Shown piece after piece: positions 1 through 14,551 of a stretch of DNA of 64,000 bases. The stretch covers positions 62,001 to 126,000 of the forward strand of contig JALDZX010000011.1 in assembly GCA_022813865.1 (NCBI GenBank), given 5' to 3'. This DNA comes from Xylographa opegraphella. Its lineage: Eukaryota. Within the stretch, counting starts at the first letter, position 1, and each line of letters starts with the position of its first letter. A program made the translations under genes and the position numbers. The notes under the pieces are model-generated. The model was given only the letters and a program-made list of their open reading frames with translations. It searched no databases and was not told the DNA's origin.

Positions 1-3000
1 TCCGTAATCCGCTGGCCGAGCGTCGCCTCCGAACTTGCCTCACATCGGACGACGAAGACTTCGTTGATTCCGAGCCTGTGGTGTAGACCTTTTCCAACTT
101 TGACAACGATGGCTCAGCAGAATGCTCATCCGGTGCTGAGCTACCAGTTAGGGGCATAGGTTCGATAGCTAGGTTGCGATTCTCCAATTTCCCTGCAGTA
201 TTGGCCTGCCTATCATCTGCATGGCCATCGCTTTCTTCATGATCATCACCGTTCATATTTCCATTAGCAGTACTCATGTGAGGCTTCTTGAAAAGCGTCA
301 AAGGTCTTCTGCTGTGCAGACTTCTTCCAGAACGGCGGCTATGATGGTGTATAGAAGGTTGACTAAACACTTCGCGTAGAACTTGCTCTTTGAGCTCCGT
401 GTTCACAGTTGTGGCGCCCCAGCTAGGATGGTGCTGGTGCTGTAATGATGGCCTTCTTAAGGATTCCAAGGGGTCTACTGAGCTTCCTGATTTATGTGAG
501 GTAATGCTCGAAGAAAGACCTGGTGGCTTATCCTCGGGCTTGTTGGAATTAGCACTTGATCGGTCCTCGGTCCGATTATCACTCTGGATCGTACGAAAGA
601 GATTGTTGGGGATAATGTGGAGATTGTTCGCATACAAAACCTCTGGTATTTCATCGTTTGGTTCTTTTTGCTGTGAATGACTTATTATGCGTTGTCCATT
701 TGGAGAACCAAGGCGGTTTGTGTCTTCGATGGTTGCTGCTATAGTTCGATCCTCATCGCTGCGAACCTTGGAAGATTGTATAGCTGTCTGACTACCCTCT
801 ACTACTGCGTCTTTCTTCTTCTTCTTGATACGTGGTTCTTTGCGGTAAGTGACATTGAGCACACCAAGATATCTACACAATGATTGTAACGATTTTGTCA
901 GCATATTACAACCTCTGAACGATGCATAGGACGTGGCGGATAGAGTTTTACACTTCTCGACTCCAACATCAAAATTCAAGGATCAGGAAAGCGGCGTACC
1001 TAGGTAAGTACTTGAGAAGCTCTGGATGCCGGTGTTCAATAACTTCATAGAATTCGTTCTCCCTGTTGTTAAGCTGCTTGCATATGGCTTGCTTCGAAAA
1101 GCTATATACATTCGTGTGCCCGCCAACTTGATGCTTGTACGGTTTCAATTGAACCGCTTTGAGCGGTGCTTGGCGTGAACCCGAACGCAAAAAGTGGGTA
1201 TGTATATTAGGAGTCGCCGTTGGCGTCTGATCACCGCCATCCGTCGCACCGGAGTCTTTGTCTGAAATACCAGATTCGTCCCATGAATCATATTCTGCTT
1301 CAGATGATGACGAGGTTGTGCTGCTTGGGCCCGGAGCTAAACGTGCCCCAGATAAAGACCTACCTTTCATGGGTTTATCATGAAGCTGATTATTATCAGC
1401 TTTATGCTGTAAAGCTTCCGGATAATCTTTGACAACGGGCTTGTCTTCATCATCAGCAAGTTCCAAGGAGCTGGCCTCGGACGACTTGGTCGCATCGTCT
1501 GATGACTCAAATGGACTGCTATGCTCAGCATCTGTATCTTCTAGGATATCAAGAGATGGTGCATGATGGGGATAATATGTTGCTGAGGAAATTTGTTCTT
1601 TATCTGATTCATATTCGTCCTCGTCGCCAATGTTGTCATTCTTAGATTGAGATATTTGTCCTTGAAGAACGAGGACGTTAGAGTCCAAGAGTTCTTGATC
1701 AGTGGCCTGTAGGACCTGTGCGTTTGCGTGGGCATCTTCTCGAGCCGTAGCTTCACTAAAGGGGATGTTGCCAGCTTTCGAACCATGAGGAAGATGCTTT
1801 TGGCTTCTGATCTCTTCAAGCAAACGAAGTGGAAGCACTCCTTGTGACGGAGCACCAGAAACCCATTCAATACTATCAGCTGGTCCAGTAGACTTAGCCA
1901 CGGACTCTGGATCTTCTCGCTGGCTTTGATTTGATATGTTTGATAGCGGTCTGGGGGAGGTTCTGTGATCTGATGGCTCCCGTGCTTGCCTCAATCTGGT
2001 GTCGCTTTCGTTGGGTGCTCCATTAGCTGCGTACTGTTCGGATGCTGATACAGGTTCCGTAGCTTCCGGCAGGATCTTAGGCAGAGTGCTCGAAGTATCC
2101 TTCCCTACCAAATCGCTGGAACTCATGCCCTCGTTCTTGGGACTTTCAAGCACAGGCACAGTCTGTCTGCCCTTTGTTGGATCTTTCGATCGATTTTTCC
2201 TTTGCTCTTGTGAAGTAGCATTCTCTCTGAATAAACCCAAGTAGTGACTAGCCTTCCTGCTCCTCGCATTTTGTAGTGGCTCCTCGTTCGCCAGTGTAGC
2301 TTCAATTTGCTCGTCAACACGAGCTTTGCTTGTGGCCCGTTTACTTTTATCTTTACCCTTGACGTCTTCACGAGCGTCAGGACGCTCATCCGATGCAGAA
2401 GTACCATTGTATGATGTCGTCTCTGGTTGGTGCCATGTTGCAGACATTCGCACAACCTTCGGATGATGTGGGGGTCTGGCGGGTGTTTTATGAGACGACA
2501 AAGATATGTCCTTAGTCAGGGCAGGTAGCTCTGAGCTGGTGGTAGGTAACGTCGTAGAGAGATTCACAGCAGTCTCATCGAACCTCCCGTGATCGGAAAA
2601 TATGATCTGATGCGAATCCTGACACGCGGTGTGATGAGAGTCTTCTTGTGAATCATGTGTTGTTCGATGTGACGCGGAACATGTCATCGTGGAAGGCTGG
2701 CGTTTCGGGCGTGACAGCAGCGCAGGTGCTGTGGCTTGCGTACAGAGCGGCGCGGAGAGGTCCAGAGCGGAAGCAACATCTTGAGGAAAGTGCTGCAGGT
2801 TGCTCTTGCTTGGTAACGTTGGCGGGAGACGTGGGGTAGTTGCAGCACTATCGGAATCGAACACCGAATAGTGCGTAGCAAAGATGCTGTCCCTCTCAGA
2901 AAGTTGAGGACGCTCCGCACGCCAGACGCGCGAGGACGATGGATGGGGAGGAGCTTTTGTTCTGAAAGGTGGAGCGGACGACGATGGCGTTATCGCCGGG

Positions 3001-3107
3001 GACAGCGCCGCGGGTGACGACGGGACATGGTTGTTATCTTGGGCCGCTTCCGAGTCGGACCTCACCAATGGTGAGGCATTTTTGGCAGCGGAAGGGGGGG
3101 CTGACAT
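1..3107 (-). CDS. KCS1: Inositol polyphosphate kinase, KCS1-like; 3' part runs off the window
   Basis: A long low-complexity N-terminus is followed by LKPYKHQVGGH...ICKQLNNRENEFYEVIEHRHPELLKYLPR. A GT-AG intron (873-999) joins this to YLGVLNVTY, the conserved fungal Kcs1 segment. Confidence 0.85.
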
Positions 3108-3413
3108 GAGAAGGACATTGGAGGAACGCTATCAGCCAGCGAGGAGCAGCGTGGGCGGTTTATTCGCTGAGCTATGAGCGGATTGATCGGGGTGGCGTAT
3201 GGAGTAAATGCACGACCGATAAGCGCGACACAGTGCTCTCTGCAGACGGCCTGTGACGGTGAGGTGTCGCGAGAGAAGGCCTTTCAATTGTAAGATGCTC
3301 TCTGCAGAGAAAGTGTGGGGTTTGTTGCTATTGCATCTCATGAGCAGATTTCGAGTGTTTTAGCTTCAAGTCGGCCAAAAGGGCCAGGCCGCATGTTTCA
3401 TCGTAGGGCTTAG

Positions 3414-3421
3414 TGACGTCA
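3414..3421. promoter_or_regulatory. ATF/CREB-type palindrome TGACGTCA upstream of KCS1
   Basis: Exact 8-bp CRE consensus about 310 bp upstream of the KCS1 ATG; could occur by chance. Confidence 0.3.
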
Positions 3422-4113
3422 AAAAGCAAAGCGGACCTCCGCCATCATTTCATCACAACGGCAATCACCCGTCCTACTCCGTCCTACGATTGTTTTACAC
3501 CTTTGCAACAAGACTTCCCACCGCGCATCCTCTACCCAAGAAAGAACACCCGTCCATCAAGAACACGTCCACCGCTCCCATCGACCCACGCTTGTCTCGT
3601 TCCTGCTACCCTTGCAGATGGCACCACCGACGCCATCGAGCCATTGAGACCAATGAATGCGAAACGTGCCCGCCTTGCAGTCCGGGATTTGTATCCTCAA
3701 CCCGACGCCTGCTACTGCCGGTACCAGTGGGAAGGATGCAGCTCCCGCAACACGGACTGCACCGTACCTCGCGAGTCCTGGGGCCTCACAAGGAATTGTC
3801 ACACGTTGAGGAATACGGGTAGGCAGTCACATCATCAGTGCTGGAATTTCGCTATATACACGCATGCTCTCGTCTCTGTATATACTATTTTTAGAGGTAA
3901 ACGGCTGCGACCGGCCACGTCAAATGCTTGTCTTGCGCCCCTTCTCCTCAATCCACAACACAGCCAAAGATGCTGGGCAGGAATATGCTGCTTGCAGGTA
4001 AAACAAATATAGACAGTGAAAATTAGAATAAATAAAAAATAGATAGCGCGATAATTGTTCGCAATGAGTGTTCAAGTCCGCTACTCCACTTTCACAGCCT
4101 GGCCGGGTCGCTT

Positions 4114-7100
4114 TCACGGCGATACCGTACTCGTTACCGGAGGAGGAGCAGGGGCGACGGTGGAGCTTCCAGCGACTGGTGTTGAGACCGTGGAAACTGT
4201 GGAACCGGCAGAGCTGGTAGGCCTGGATGAAGCCGGGGGGCTTGAAGCAGGTGGATTCGTATTAGCGGCAATGGTCGCTGCATTGGGTGCATTGTTTGAG
4301 TCCACTTGTCCATTGCCGGTGACACTGTTTGGGACGTTGCGGTACACGTTCAGCAGACTGGCGGCTCCACAGAATTCCTTTTTGTTCCCGGTGCACAACA
4401 TGTTGCAGCTGCTATCCGCCACCATTGTTGGCGAGCTTGGCAGGCTCGAACCGCAGTAGCACTCCTGGGCGTACTCGACCCCGGCATAGGCTTGCGACGG
4501 CGACGAGCCTTGACAGAAAGCGACGCACGCTTCGACGGTCATACCGGTGGTGTTGGTAAACCTCGGACCTCCAAGCAACCGTCCACTCGTGGCTTCCTTG
4601 TAGCAGCCCTGATAAGCATAACTTCCAACGGCCCTGACGGTAGTTGGCGGGACGTAGCTGGTGAGGTTGTATACCGATAATCTTGAGCTTCCCCCGCATA
4701 TTTCACTTTGGTTGCCAGAGCAGGCCATGTTGCAGCCAGTAAAGCCGAGGGCCGAGTATTGCTGGAGAGCATTACCGCAGTAGCACTCGCCAGAGTACTC
4801 TAGACCAGCCAAGCCATAGTTGTTTTTATTGCTGCTGCAGAATGCTTGACACGACTCGACTGTCATCCCTGTCCCATTCGTATAGCTTGCTGCGGATAGA
4901 GCACGAGGCGTGGTCTCATTGGCACAGCCGAGGTATACCCAAGCACCGTTTACTACTTGCCCTGGGGTAGGAATGAACGTTGCTGCCGAAGACGTTGTAG
5001 TGGTGCTAGAAGTTGCGGTGGTGGTGCTGGTGAGACTGGTGGTCGTTACGACGGAGCCAGTAGAGGTTGATGAAGATGAAGGAATCGAGGTGGACGAAGT
5101 AGTTGACGTAATAGAAGTAGTAGAAGTTGAGATCGCCGTAGTTGAGACAACTGACGTAGACGAAGAAATAGATGTGGATGCAGTAGTAGAACTGGATGCA
5201 GAAGAGGAAGTGGATGTCGACATGGAGGAAGTTACTGAAGTGGAAACAGACGCGGTGGACGAGACCGTGCTAGTAGTAGATACGGACGTGGTGGTTGCGG
5301 CTGTTGTTCCACTTACCGTAGAAGTGGTTCCAGGTGTTGTTCCACTTCCTGTAGAGGTGGTTCCAGTTGTTGTTCCACTTCCGGTAGAAGTACTTCCAGT
5401 AGTTGTTCCACTTCCCGTAGAAGTGGTTCCTGATGTTGTTCCACTTTCTGTAGAAGTAGTCCCAGTTGTAGTGCCTCCAGTGGTCGCTGCCGTCGTTGTA
5501 AGACTGCCCGTCACGATAGTCGTGCTCGCAGAGCCTCCAGCCGTTGTCGAGCCCGTGGCTGATGTAGCCGTACTCGACAACGACGCCGTGATAGATCCCA
5601 TCGACAATCCTGACGTCATAGATCCGGCCGAACTGGAGTAAGTACTGGACGAGGAGCTGGCGGCGGTACTCGACGCGGCCGGCACCACTTGATACATGTT
5701 CAGGCGATTCGGCCCACCGCAGTACTCGGTCGCGTTGGCAGCGCAAACCATGTTGCACTTGGTCGCTGCAACGGTGGTGCCATTTTGAGCGGCAGATCCG
5801 GGAGCAATCGTGTTTCCGCAGAAGCATTGCGTAGCGTACTCGACTCCGAAGAACGTGTAACCGGCGCAACCGACTGCGCAGTTTTCCACGGAAACGTTTG
5901 CGCCTGGGATGGCGTACTGGAACCCAGTCAAGGCACGGGCGTTCGATGGCTCGTTGTAGCAACCAAGGTATGTATAGCCTGCAAGTTGTGTTACAGTAAT
6001 TGGTCCAGAAGGCGTCGGAGTGGGAGCAGTTGAGGCCGTAGAGCTCGCTGTTGGAGCAGTGAGGACTTGCGAGTACATATTGAGCCGATTGGGTCCTCCA
6101 CAATATTCTGTGTTATTCCCACTACAAGTCATGGAGCACTTCGTAGCGGCTACTGTGGCCCCAGTAACTAGCACGGATCCATTGTTTATTGTGTTTCCAC
6201 AGTAGCACTCCCCTGAATATTCGACACCAAAGTAAGTGTAGGCTGAACAGGCATTACCACAAGCCTCGACGGTGACTGCAGTGCCTTTGATAGGATTCTG
6301 AAGGTCAGAAAGTGCCCGATTGCCAGTTGCTTCCGTGTAACAGCCCATGTACGACCAAACATCAAAGTTACCCACAGTGACGGGGCCGGCAGGAGTTGAC
6401 GAAGGAGTGGGCATAGAAGTGGGCGTAGAAGTTGGCGCAGAGATTAGCGTAGAATTGGGCGTAGAAGTGGGCGTAGAAGTGGGCGCTGACGTTGAAACGG
6501 TAGCGTTGCCTCCAAGCGTGTAGAGGTTTAATCGATTTGGTCCACCACAGTATTCGCCGGGATTACCAGCACATGTCTAGAAAACATCAGTTGATGAGGC
6601 ATTACGAGGTGGAGCGAAAAGAAGCTTACCATCGAGCAGCCATTGGCCATGACGTTGCTACCTCCAGGCGCAACACCGTTGCCACCACCAATGATATTGG
6701 CGCAGTAACACTCATCGCCGTACTCGACTCCCATATATTTGTAGCCTGAACAGGCAGCAGCGCATGCTTCGACGGTGCTGTTCACACCAGACTCTGGGTT
6801 TAGAAGCGCCGAGAGTGCACGTCCATTAGTATTATCAACATAACATCCAGCATAAACATAAGGTCCGGCAGTCTGAACCACTATGGGTCCTGTAGGTGAA
6901 GCCGTAGGTACAGTAGAAGCTGCAGTACTTGTCGGAGAGCTACCAGTGGCATTTGAATTCAGAATATACACATTCAAGCGGTTTGGACCGCCACAATACT
7001 CGGAAGAATTCCCTTTGCAGGTCATGGAGCAACCGTTGGCATTGGGGTCAGCACCTCCAGGAGCGATGGTATTGTTCCCGCCGATCACATTGTCGCAGTA

Positions 7101-10100
7101 GCACTCTCCACTATACTCAACGCCCATGTATTGGTATCCGGTACATGCGGTGGCGCAGACATCGGGCGTATTCAAGGCTGCAGATACTGGATTCTTTAGC
7201 GCTGATAGAGCTCGGACACCACCAACGTTGTCCTGATAGCAGCCTAAATAGACGTAGTTACCGGCAACTTGCTCAACAACGGGTCCACCGGTCACTGTTG
7301 GGGCACTTGGAGCGCCCGTTTGTGTAGGAATAGGAGCTGAACCGTTGATCTGATACAATTCCAGTCTGCCTGGTCCTCCACAATATTCGGTTTGATTGCC
7401 GGCACAAAGCATTGAGCATCCATTCGTGTTGGGATCAGTACTGGGTTGATTGACGGAACCGGCGTTGAGTGTATTTCCACAGTAGCATTCGTTAGCGTAT
7501 TCCATTCCAAAATATTGATAGCCCTGACAAGCGGCTTGGCAAAGCTCGATAGTGAAGCCAGTTGCAGGTGCGCGTGGAGTGAGACCTGATAATGCTCGCC
7601 CGGTTGTTGCTTCCGAATAGCAACCAGAATAAATATAGTTGCCGGTAGAATTGACAGTTACAGGGCCGGCGGGGCCACCACTTCCAGCCGTGTATCTTGT
7701 GGCGTCATAATAGATGGAGATGTAGCCACCGTTCCCACCGCATGCATCGAGCGGATTACCCGTGCAAGAAAAGGTGCAAAATCCTTGATCGGCCACTTGC
7801 CACTGGGTGCTAGGAGGTGCGTTGCCGCAGAAACATTGTTCCGAATATTCTGTTCCTTCGAAAATATAACCGCCAGGGGTGCCAGCCAAACACATTGCTT
7901 GACAGTTTGCATTGGAGTTATTATTGCCGTCATAGAGCAGATGGGGTAGCAGTCTCGGGCCTTGTCCACCGGCACTGTCCATGAAGCATCCTAGGTACGT
8001 GTATACAGGGTTCCCAGAAGAGTTTGTAGGCCCCACCTTAGTCGATACCACGGTGCCTGTGATCTCAACAACATGGACCCTGAAGTTGAGATCGTCAGTA
8101 TTCAAAGTCCAAGTATTGTTGAAGGTCTGATCAACTTCGTTATAGGCCTCGGCATTAGGAGCGAAAGTGACAGTGCCGTAGGCGCAGGACCCAATAGTGA
8201 TCTGTTGTTCTTCATGCAAGTCCGCAGAGTTTTGAAGGTAGAAGACGCCGTTCGGGGGCTTACTTTTGGAGATATCTAGGACGGAGCCGCCATTGTTACA
8301 GATACGAACCTGTAGCTGGGAAGTAGAGGTAGGTGCAACGTCTCCAAAGTCCATGATGAGATTCGAATCTGGCAGCCAGCCCCCTTCAACGGTGCTGATC
8401 GAAAAGTTGGCGATTGGTGCAGTGGATGCAGTGCCTGCTAGAGTTACTTCCGACATACCACCAGACGTCCACAATAAGAGGTAGGTGTAGTATGTCTGGA
8501 CGCCATTGTAAGGATAGAAGATGGTGTCCACATCCACCACACTACCCGGTCCGATCACGGTGCCTACCGGGGGGAGGTCGTTGGAACTAAAGCCTTCTCC
8601 GAAGTCTGCGGTTCCGTTGCTGAAATAGGTAACATTGTAGTAGGTGGGATCCTCGAGGATAGCGTCAGTAGTGAACGCATAGCCTTCGATTGTCATGGGA
8701 GCAAGTCCAGCATTGGCGATGGTGAAAGGCAGAGTTACAGTCGGAATGGATTGATTCGGAAGAAGAACGACTCCTGCGAAGTCCAGTGTTTTGGGGCTGG
8801 TAACCACGAAAGCATTCTGTGAGACCTCCGTTCCGGTAAGGGTAACAGGGAACTGAGTAGAGTAACCACCAACACCATTGGTCGTAAATATAGTCAATGC
8901 TGTGCTTTGAATACCTGGTGTGACAGTTGTCACCGTCGAATTCGGATCCGCTGCCTGGATACCACCGGTGAGATCCCACGTCACAGGGAAAGTGAACGTG
9001 TTACCTGCCGCAAGCCGGCCCGTTGGCAAGCTTGCATTACTGACAATGAAATTGGGGTTGCCCACAGTCATACCATTAATGGAGGTGATTGCAATGTTTG
9101 CTGTGCATGAGACCGTGGTATTGGCCGTCGATCCGAGGGCAACACTCCCAAACTGGACAGGCGAGGTACAATTCAATGGAAGATTGACGGGTGATCCCAA
9201 GCAATAGAGTACACCATTAGAGCTCGTCACGTAGAGGCGGGAGTCGCCGAAAGCCGGGCGTTGAAATTTATTGGCACCCCCGATAGCAGGTAGGTTGATA
9301 GTCTTGAGAACATTGTTTTGAGGTACTGCATACCACGCTCTGAGACCAACGTTTGGATCCGTGTTCCATATGATGCCGGTTCCTGGATTGCCTTTGTAAG
9401 ACGTGATTGTGGGAATGCCGACGCCGACCCGGCCAGCAGAAATTTCATTGCTCTGGCCTGCCTGTGAGAAGACCGGAGTGCCTCCAGCGCTAAAGCCAAG
9501 CTTGTAAGCATAAGTAGCGTCGCCGTCAGGGGTCGAGTAAATGTAACCGCCCTCCAAAGGATAGGAGCCATATCCCCCAAATAGAGGCTGGTTGGTTGCC
9601 AGCGTCTGAACAATGTTGTCGCCCTGACCCGGTCCAAGCTTGTATCCACCCAGGTTGTCGGCATTCAAGATATATACCTTTCCGTTCTTTCCTCCAGTGA
9701 CAGCCATCCTGTTCACGCCTGTGCCATGGAAGACTGTTGGATCCAACAGTATTATCCCTCCAGAACCAAAATCTTGATCACCTCCATCCATGTTGGAATA
9801 ATCGTATGGCTGGAAGTAGTCAGCAAGGCGAAGGACACCTCCTTCGTCAATATTTAAGTTGACCTAATTGAATTCAGTTAGCGTTTATTTCGGTTGGGTT
9901 GAATCGACAACTTACGGCTGCTTCTCCGAGGGTTTTGCACCCACTCGTGCCTGTCGCTGGGGTTCCGGCATTCTCGTGGGCGTCACCGTTCCCTGTGACA
10001 AAGAACAATCGGTTCCCATCGCTTGCCAAGCCCATTCCGCTCATCCATATTCCACCTTGGCCTCCACCGCCATTCTGACTCCATACGTTCGTCTGCGCTA

Positions 10101-11042
10101 CCAAAGGACCGGACTCTGTTGAAAATTGGGTGACGACTTGTTGCTTGTTCACATCCACTCCAACTACGAGTCCGGTATAATTGAAAAGATCGCAGTGTGC
10201 ACCAAAGGCACCATACACCACAGAGCCGACTTGAAGTAATGACTAATCATGGTCAGCATGATACATCTCATAGCTGCACCGATCAAAGGATGGATTCGTA
10301 CGGCTCTTTGCAATTCAACGCCACCAACAAAGTACTTTTGAGGGGCATTATCCGCTGGAAGGCCGTCAATCAGGATCGGGGTGAAGACATCAGCAAGGGT
10401 GTTCACGTTGACGCCGTGGAAATAGTAAACCCCATTGAAGACGCCCTGGTTGCCGGCGGTACGATAGTTGGGAATGTAGGTTTTGGAGAAGAAGTAGGCA
10501 ATATCAGAAGCGGGGTCAATGACGGGGGTGCCAATGATACCGATGGTATTTGGTATATCGGTGCAGCCGATATCACTCTGGAGGAACGGAGGATGCACTT
10601 GGCGAGAATTGAGAAGTGCACCGGTCTTTGCATTGAGGGTGCGTATCCAATTTTGCGAGGAAGCGAGGAAGACGAGTTGAACGGTGCTTCCGAGGGGTGT
10701 GTATACCAGTGGCTTCGCATAAAACTGTTACATTCCGCCGATGATCAGCCAATATTCCACAACAGCAGCATACAGATATTCCCTCCTCAGCGTCTACACC
10801 CCTGACGCCAGCCCACTGTAGGTATGAGGTGGAAGTCTCACCTGCTCCTTGCTGTTGAAAGGGACCTGCCACAGCAGACCGAACTGGGCACTGTCGACGA
10901 CGGCAGGATCCATATTGTGGTTGGGCAGATAGCCCGATTGCGCGACATCGGCATCGGTGTAGCTGTCTGTCGGTGCTACGGCGGAGGCGGGAGAAACGAG
11001 AGCGGCGGCCAGGAGGGCCAGGCGGAGGAGGAAAGAAAGCAT
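4114..11042 (-). CDS. Large secreted protein (~2215 aa): signal peptide, PQQ-type beta-propeller-like region, Ig/ASH-like domains, eight WSC domains and Ser/Thr linkers
   Basis: Exons 11042-10842, 10724-10302, 10242-9916, 9863-6630 and 6576-4114, all with GT-AG introns, total 6648 nt in frame. Signal peptide MLSFLLRLALLAAALVSPASA. Propeller-like motifs IGIIGTPVID, GGIWMSG, FVTGNG, DQDFGSGG. Eight Y.GC..E/D...RxL...C...C..GxEY..ECYCG WSC repeats. Confidence 0.9.
5303..5467. repeat. Five tandem 33-bp coding repeats (11-aa unit like TGTTSTGSGTT) in the WSC protein linker
   Basis: The unit gttgttccacttNNNgtagaRgt...cc recurs every 33 bp. Confidence 0.9.
6404..6486. repeat. Degenerate 12-bp coding repeats (STPT-like)
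   Basis: gcgtagaagtgg units repeated with variants. Confidence 0.75.
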
Positions 11043-14000
11043 AGTGAGCGTGGTAAGGAGGGCCCCAGACCTTCCTGTCTTACCCTATCCTGAACAACAA
11101 CAACAACGAAAGACGAACACCTCTACCGAAGGCAAGACATTGAAGATTCACGAACAAAAGCACGCGGCCGACCGGACGGCTATATCGGCGAGGGGGACGT
11201 GGACCGGCTGAAAGCAAACAGAGGTCGGCCTTCCTCAGCGGAGCCGATGTGGCCCCAGACATGATCTCTGCGGCTGCGGATCCTGGACCACGAAGTACCT
11301 TAGACGATGGACAAGGACCTGGGCCTGTAGCTAGGGCAGAATGTGAATCATGTTCACGGCAGCTGGTAAGCTGACGGTGCTTCGGCCTGGATAGACCTGG
11401 CTGAGGCCTGGGGGCGTTCCTGGCCTTCGTCTGGCCAATATCTCGGTACTACTGTACCTGGAGGAAATTGGGGGGGAGTGGAGCGAGGCAGCGCTTGACC
11501 GGATCGAGGAGTAGCCGTTACGGTAAGGCCCAATGCGGGCAACGGAGTAGATTTAGCCTGTCGCCCGTGCCAAGCGGCCGATTTGGTTCCAATAGTCTGT
11601 AATTTAACACGCCACTACCGGGCTTAGCGGGCTTTGCCCCATGTCACCGACTCCGACAGCATGGATTCACGCTCTCGGATACAGCGGATACAACGGATAC
11701 CAGCATTCCTCTCCACAAAGCCACCTGCACCATGCCGTTGAGGGTGAGCTCGATGCTGTAGACACACCGTCCGATTCGGGCAGCCCGTGAGCCGCATTTG
11801 AACCTCCTTCAGCGAGTATGCGGTGATTGACGACGGTGTACCCCGACACACGACGGCGCATAGTGGGAGACTGGTCCGAAAAGGACGAGATGGATTGGGG
11901 TAGAACGCAACAGCAGAAGAGCTGGAACATACTCCGTACTTCGATCAGGCAAATACCAACACGTGGGGTGGCGGCTTCCATGTCGTGGAACAACGGGTGG
12001 GAGTCAAAATAGCATTTTCACACCGTAAAAGACTCTTCTGCATGTCGTCCTTCCTCCGCATTGCCACCCGTGTTCCTGCGTATCGTATAGAAAAACACCT
12101 TGCTCTTGCGGAGGATATCCGTGCCCGCGGTGCGCACTGCAGCCGGCTTCGATTTGCACGCGTCCGTCTTTCTTTCCGCATTCGTTCCAGACGGCAAAAC
12201 AACTATATTTGCCTGCATGCATGCGACAGATCCTCGCCACGCTCGATCCAATGAATCCACCATACTGCTAGATGCGCATACACGAAGCACGCCGAATGGA
12301 TGGTAGAACGCAACCTCCAGCGCTTCCAGCCCGTATATTGGGAATAGAGGCGCAACTGTCAATGTGCACCAAGCTCGCATCTCCGTAGCCACAGCCAAAG
12401 GGGTCACCGAAGTTACATAGCAATAATGCCAGAATCCAGCCACAAACAGCAGTGTTCGCCCGCTGGTACCTTTGCAGTCTGCATTGGCGTGGAGAATTAT
12501 GTAGACTACACATACCAAAAGCCTTTCCTGGGCAGGCGGGCTTTCTCACGGTCCTTACTTTCCTCCTGTCGACAGTGGAAATGATGTGTGGAGTGGACGA
12601 TCACCGCCAAGAGCTGAGTCTTGCCCCCTAATTCTACATCGCCAAGCGGACGAGTCGGCTCTTGGACCGCCCAACGGCTTGGCCTTGGTTAGCTGGAGCC
12701 CGCCGCAACAATATCGTCACTATTGGTGGAAGCTCAATCACCATTCTTCATTTTCCATCTGTTCAGATTATCCACATCATCAATCGCAATTCCAAAGAAT
12801 CGTAAAACAGAAGTCATGTTCCAATGCAACAACGTGTATTGTATCCCATTACCGATCGTGCGGATGAGCTAACAGCTGCAACGCACGGAAATACAAACTC
12901 CGACCTCTTTTTAGGCGCGGACACAGCGCTCAGAACGCCACATCAGCGCTAAGCAGACACGGTCGTCCAAGACGTGCGCTTTATCCTCCATCGTGCTACT
13001 AAGCAGGCAGCCTCGAAGCCATACTGCAAACTTTATCCGCTTTTGCTTTTCTCTCTTTCCAATTCTCTGGTGGGCAAATTACAAGTGGACAATTTTGACT
13101 TCGCCCTCTCCCTTTGTAAGAATGTTCCTGCATTTCGTTGACTCCCCGAAAACCCTCTCAAAGCACGCCCCGGCGCCACCGTTCGAGATCGGTGTTGTCG
13201 ACGTGCTCCTCGGTAGCTTCTTTCTTTCAAATGCATGGAGCCTCATGTGAAGGTTAGGAGCTGACGTGTCCGATGCACGTGTGCATCGGACTATTGCAGG
13301 CGCCATAGGAATGAACCCTTTGTGCTGTGTTGAAAAGCCAAGGCACGTGGCGTGTGCCTTTATACATCCATACAGTAGGTACGTTGCTTCGATCCAATGG
13401 CAATCTGGACCTTGCCGATAGCAGTTTTCATCCTCGGCTGTCGAACTTTATTTCCATATGTGTGCTTGGTCGTAGTGATTTGGGGGGATGTGCATTGAAT
13501 AGGGGAGACCGGCGAAGAATGGATCTTTACCAAAGTGAAGGGATCGGTTTGCGATGAGATACTGTGGTTATCGCGGTTGCTCACATTCTTCAATCTCTCT
13601 GCCCATCTGCGGTACCTACAAATTCGCAATTGGACTTATGAGGTTTACCTCGCTTCTTAGGCTAATAGTTGTTCGTTCTCAAAGATGATCAGTTGTGGAC
13701 ACCCCAAGGATTATCTTAATAGTCTCGACTTGACAGCCAGCCGCCCACGGCAACCCCCCTCCCCCATATTGTTTCTGCTGACACAAACTTTGAGTCTGGA
13801 GCAGCATTGGTTTTGTTCCTCTCTTGGACTTAACATACCGACAACGGGAGCGTACCGCTGATCCCCAACGCCAAGGTATGCTCCTATGGTTGGAGCCCAT
13901 GTTGGGAACCCAACCCCGGAGCAAATCTCGTGTGCCCAAGGCAGCATGTTACGCAATATTAATGCCAAGCATCCCAGCAAAGGAATACTCATATTTGCCG

Positions 14001-14551
14001 TCTACCTTGATCAACACCAGCCCGATCAACCTCCACTCCCTTTTTGCCATCGGCCTTACGGTGACACTCCAAAGTGGCTACGATCAGTCATTTTACGTAG
14101 CTAGCCGTGTCATTTATTACTGTGCAATCGGTGGAGGGAGGCTCGGAGGGTGTGAAGGACTATCGACATGGAATTCTATAAACATATCATAGACAAACTT
14201 GAATCGAACTCTTGCCGTTCTTGGCTGCATGACTGGGAGGGTTGTTGAGGTATGGTCGTCTTGATGTTTTCTTGAGAAGATGGTCCTGGTTTGCGGTTCT
14301 TGGTTACGTCGGATATAGCTTTGATGATAAAGAGACAATGGCTGAACCTATCGTCGGGAGATACGTAAAATACTCGACGTGCTGTGTGGGTACCTACCTG
14401 TGGTAAAAGTGCTTCACTGCTGTACGGAGTTAAGCCCCGGCCCTGCGATAATCCGGCCCGACCTCGGATGAACTGCTCCGTAACAGAGCAGAGAGCTCCG
14501 TGAGAGACCAGCTGATTTCCAGCCCTATTCACGAACTGACACACTTTCTAG

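Noticed and set aside
3413..4012. 199-aa ORF between KCS1 and the WSC gene
   Set aside because: Non-ATG start, no recognisable motifs or codon bias; lies in promoter/3' UTR space.
5303..5467. Regular 33-bp repeats resembling a CRISPR array
   Set aside because: No unique spacers; they are in-frame coding repeats in a eukaryotic gene.
4910..5641. 243-aa Val/Glu-rich ORF on the + strand
   Set aside because: Antisense shadow of the Ser/Thr-rich linker of the WSC gene.
11043..14551. Many short overlapping ORFs in a 3.5-kb spacer
   Set aside because: No coherent exon structure or recognisable domain; degenerate relics cannot be excluded.
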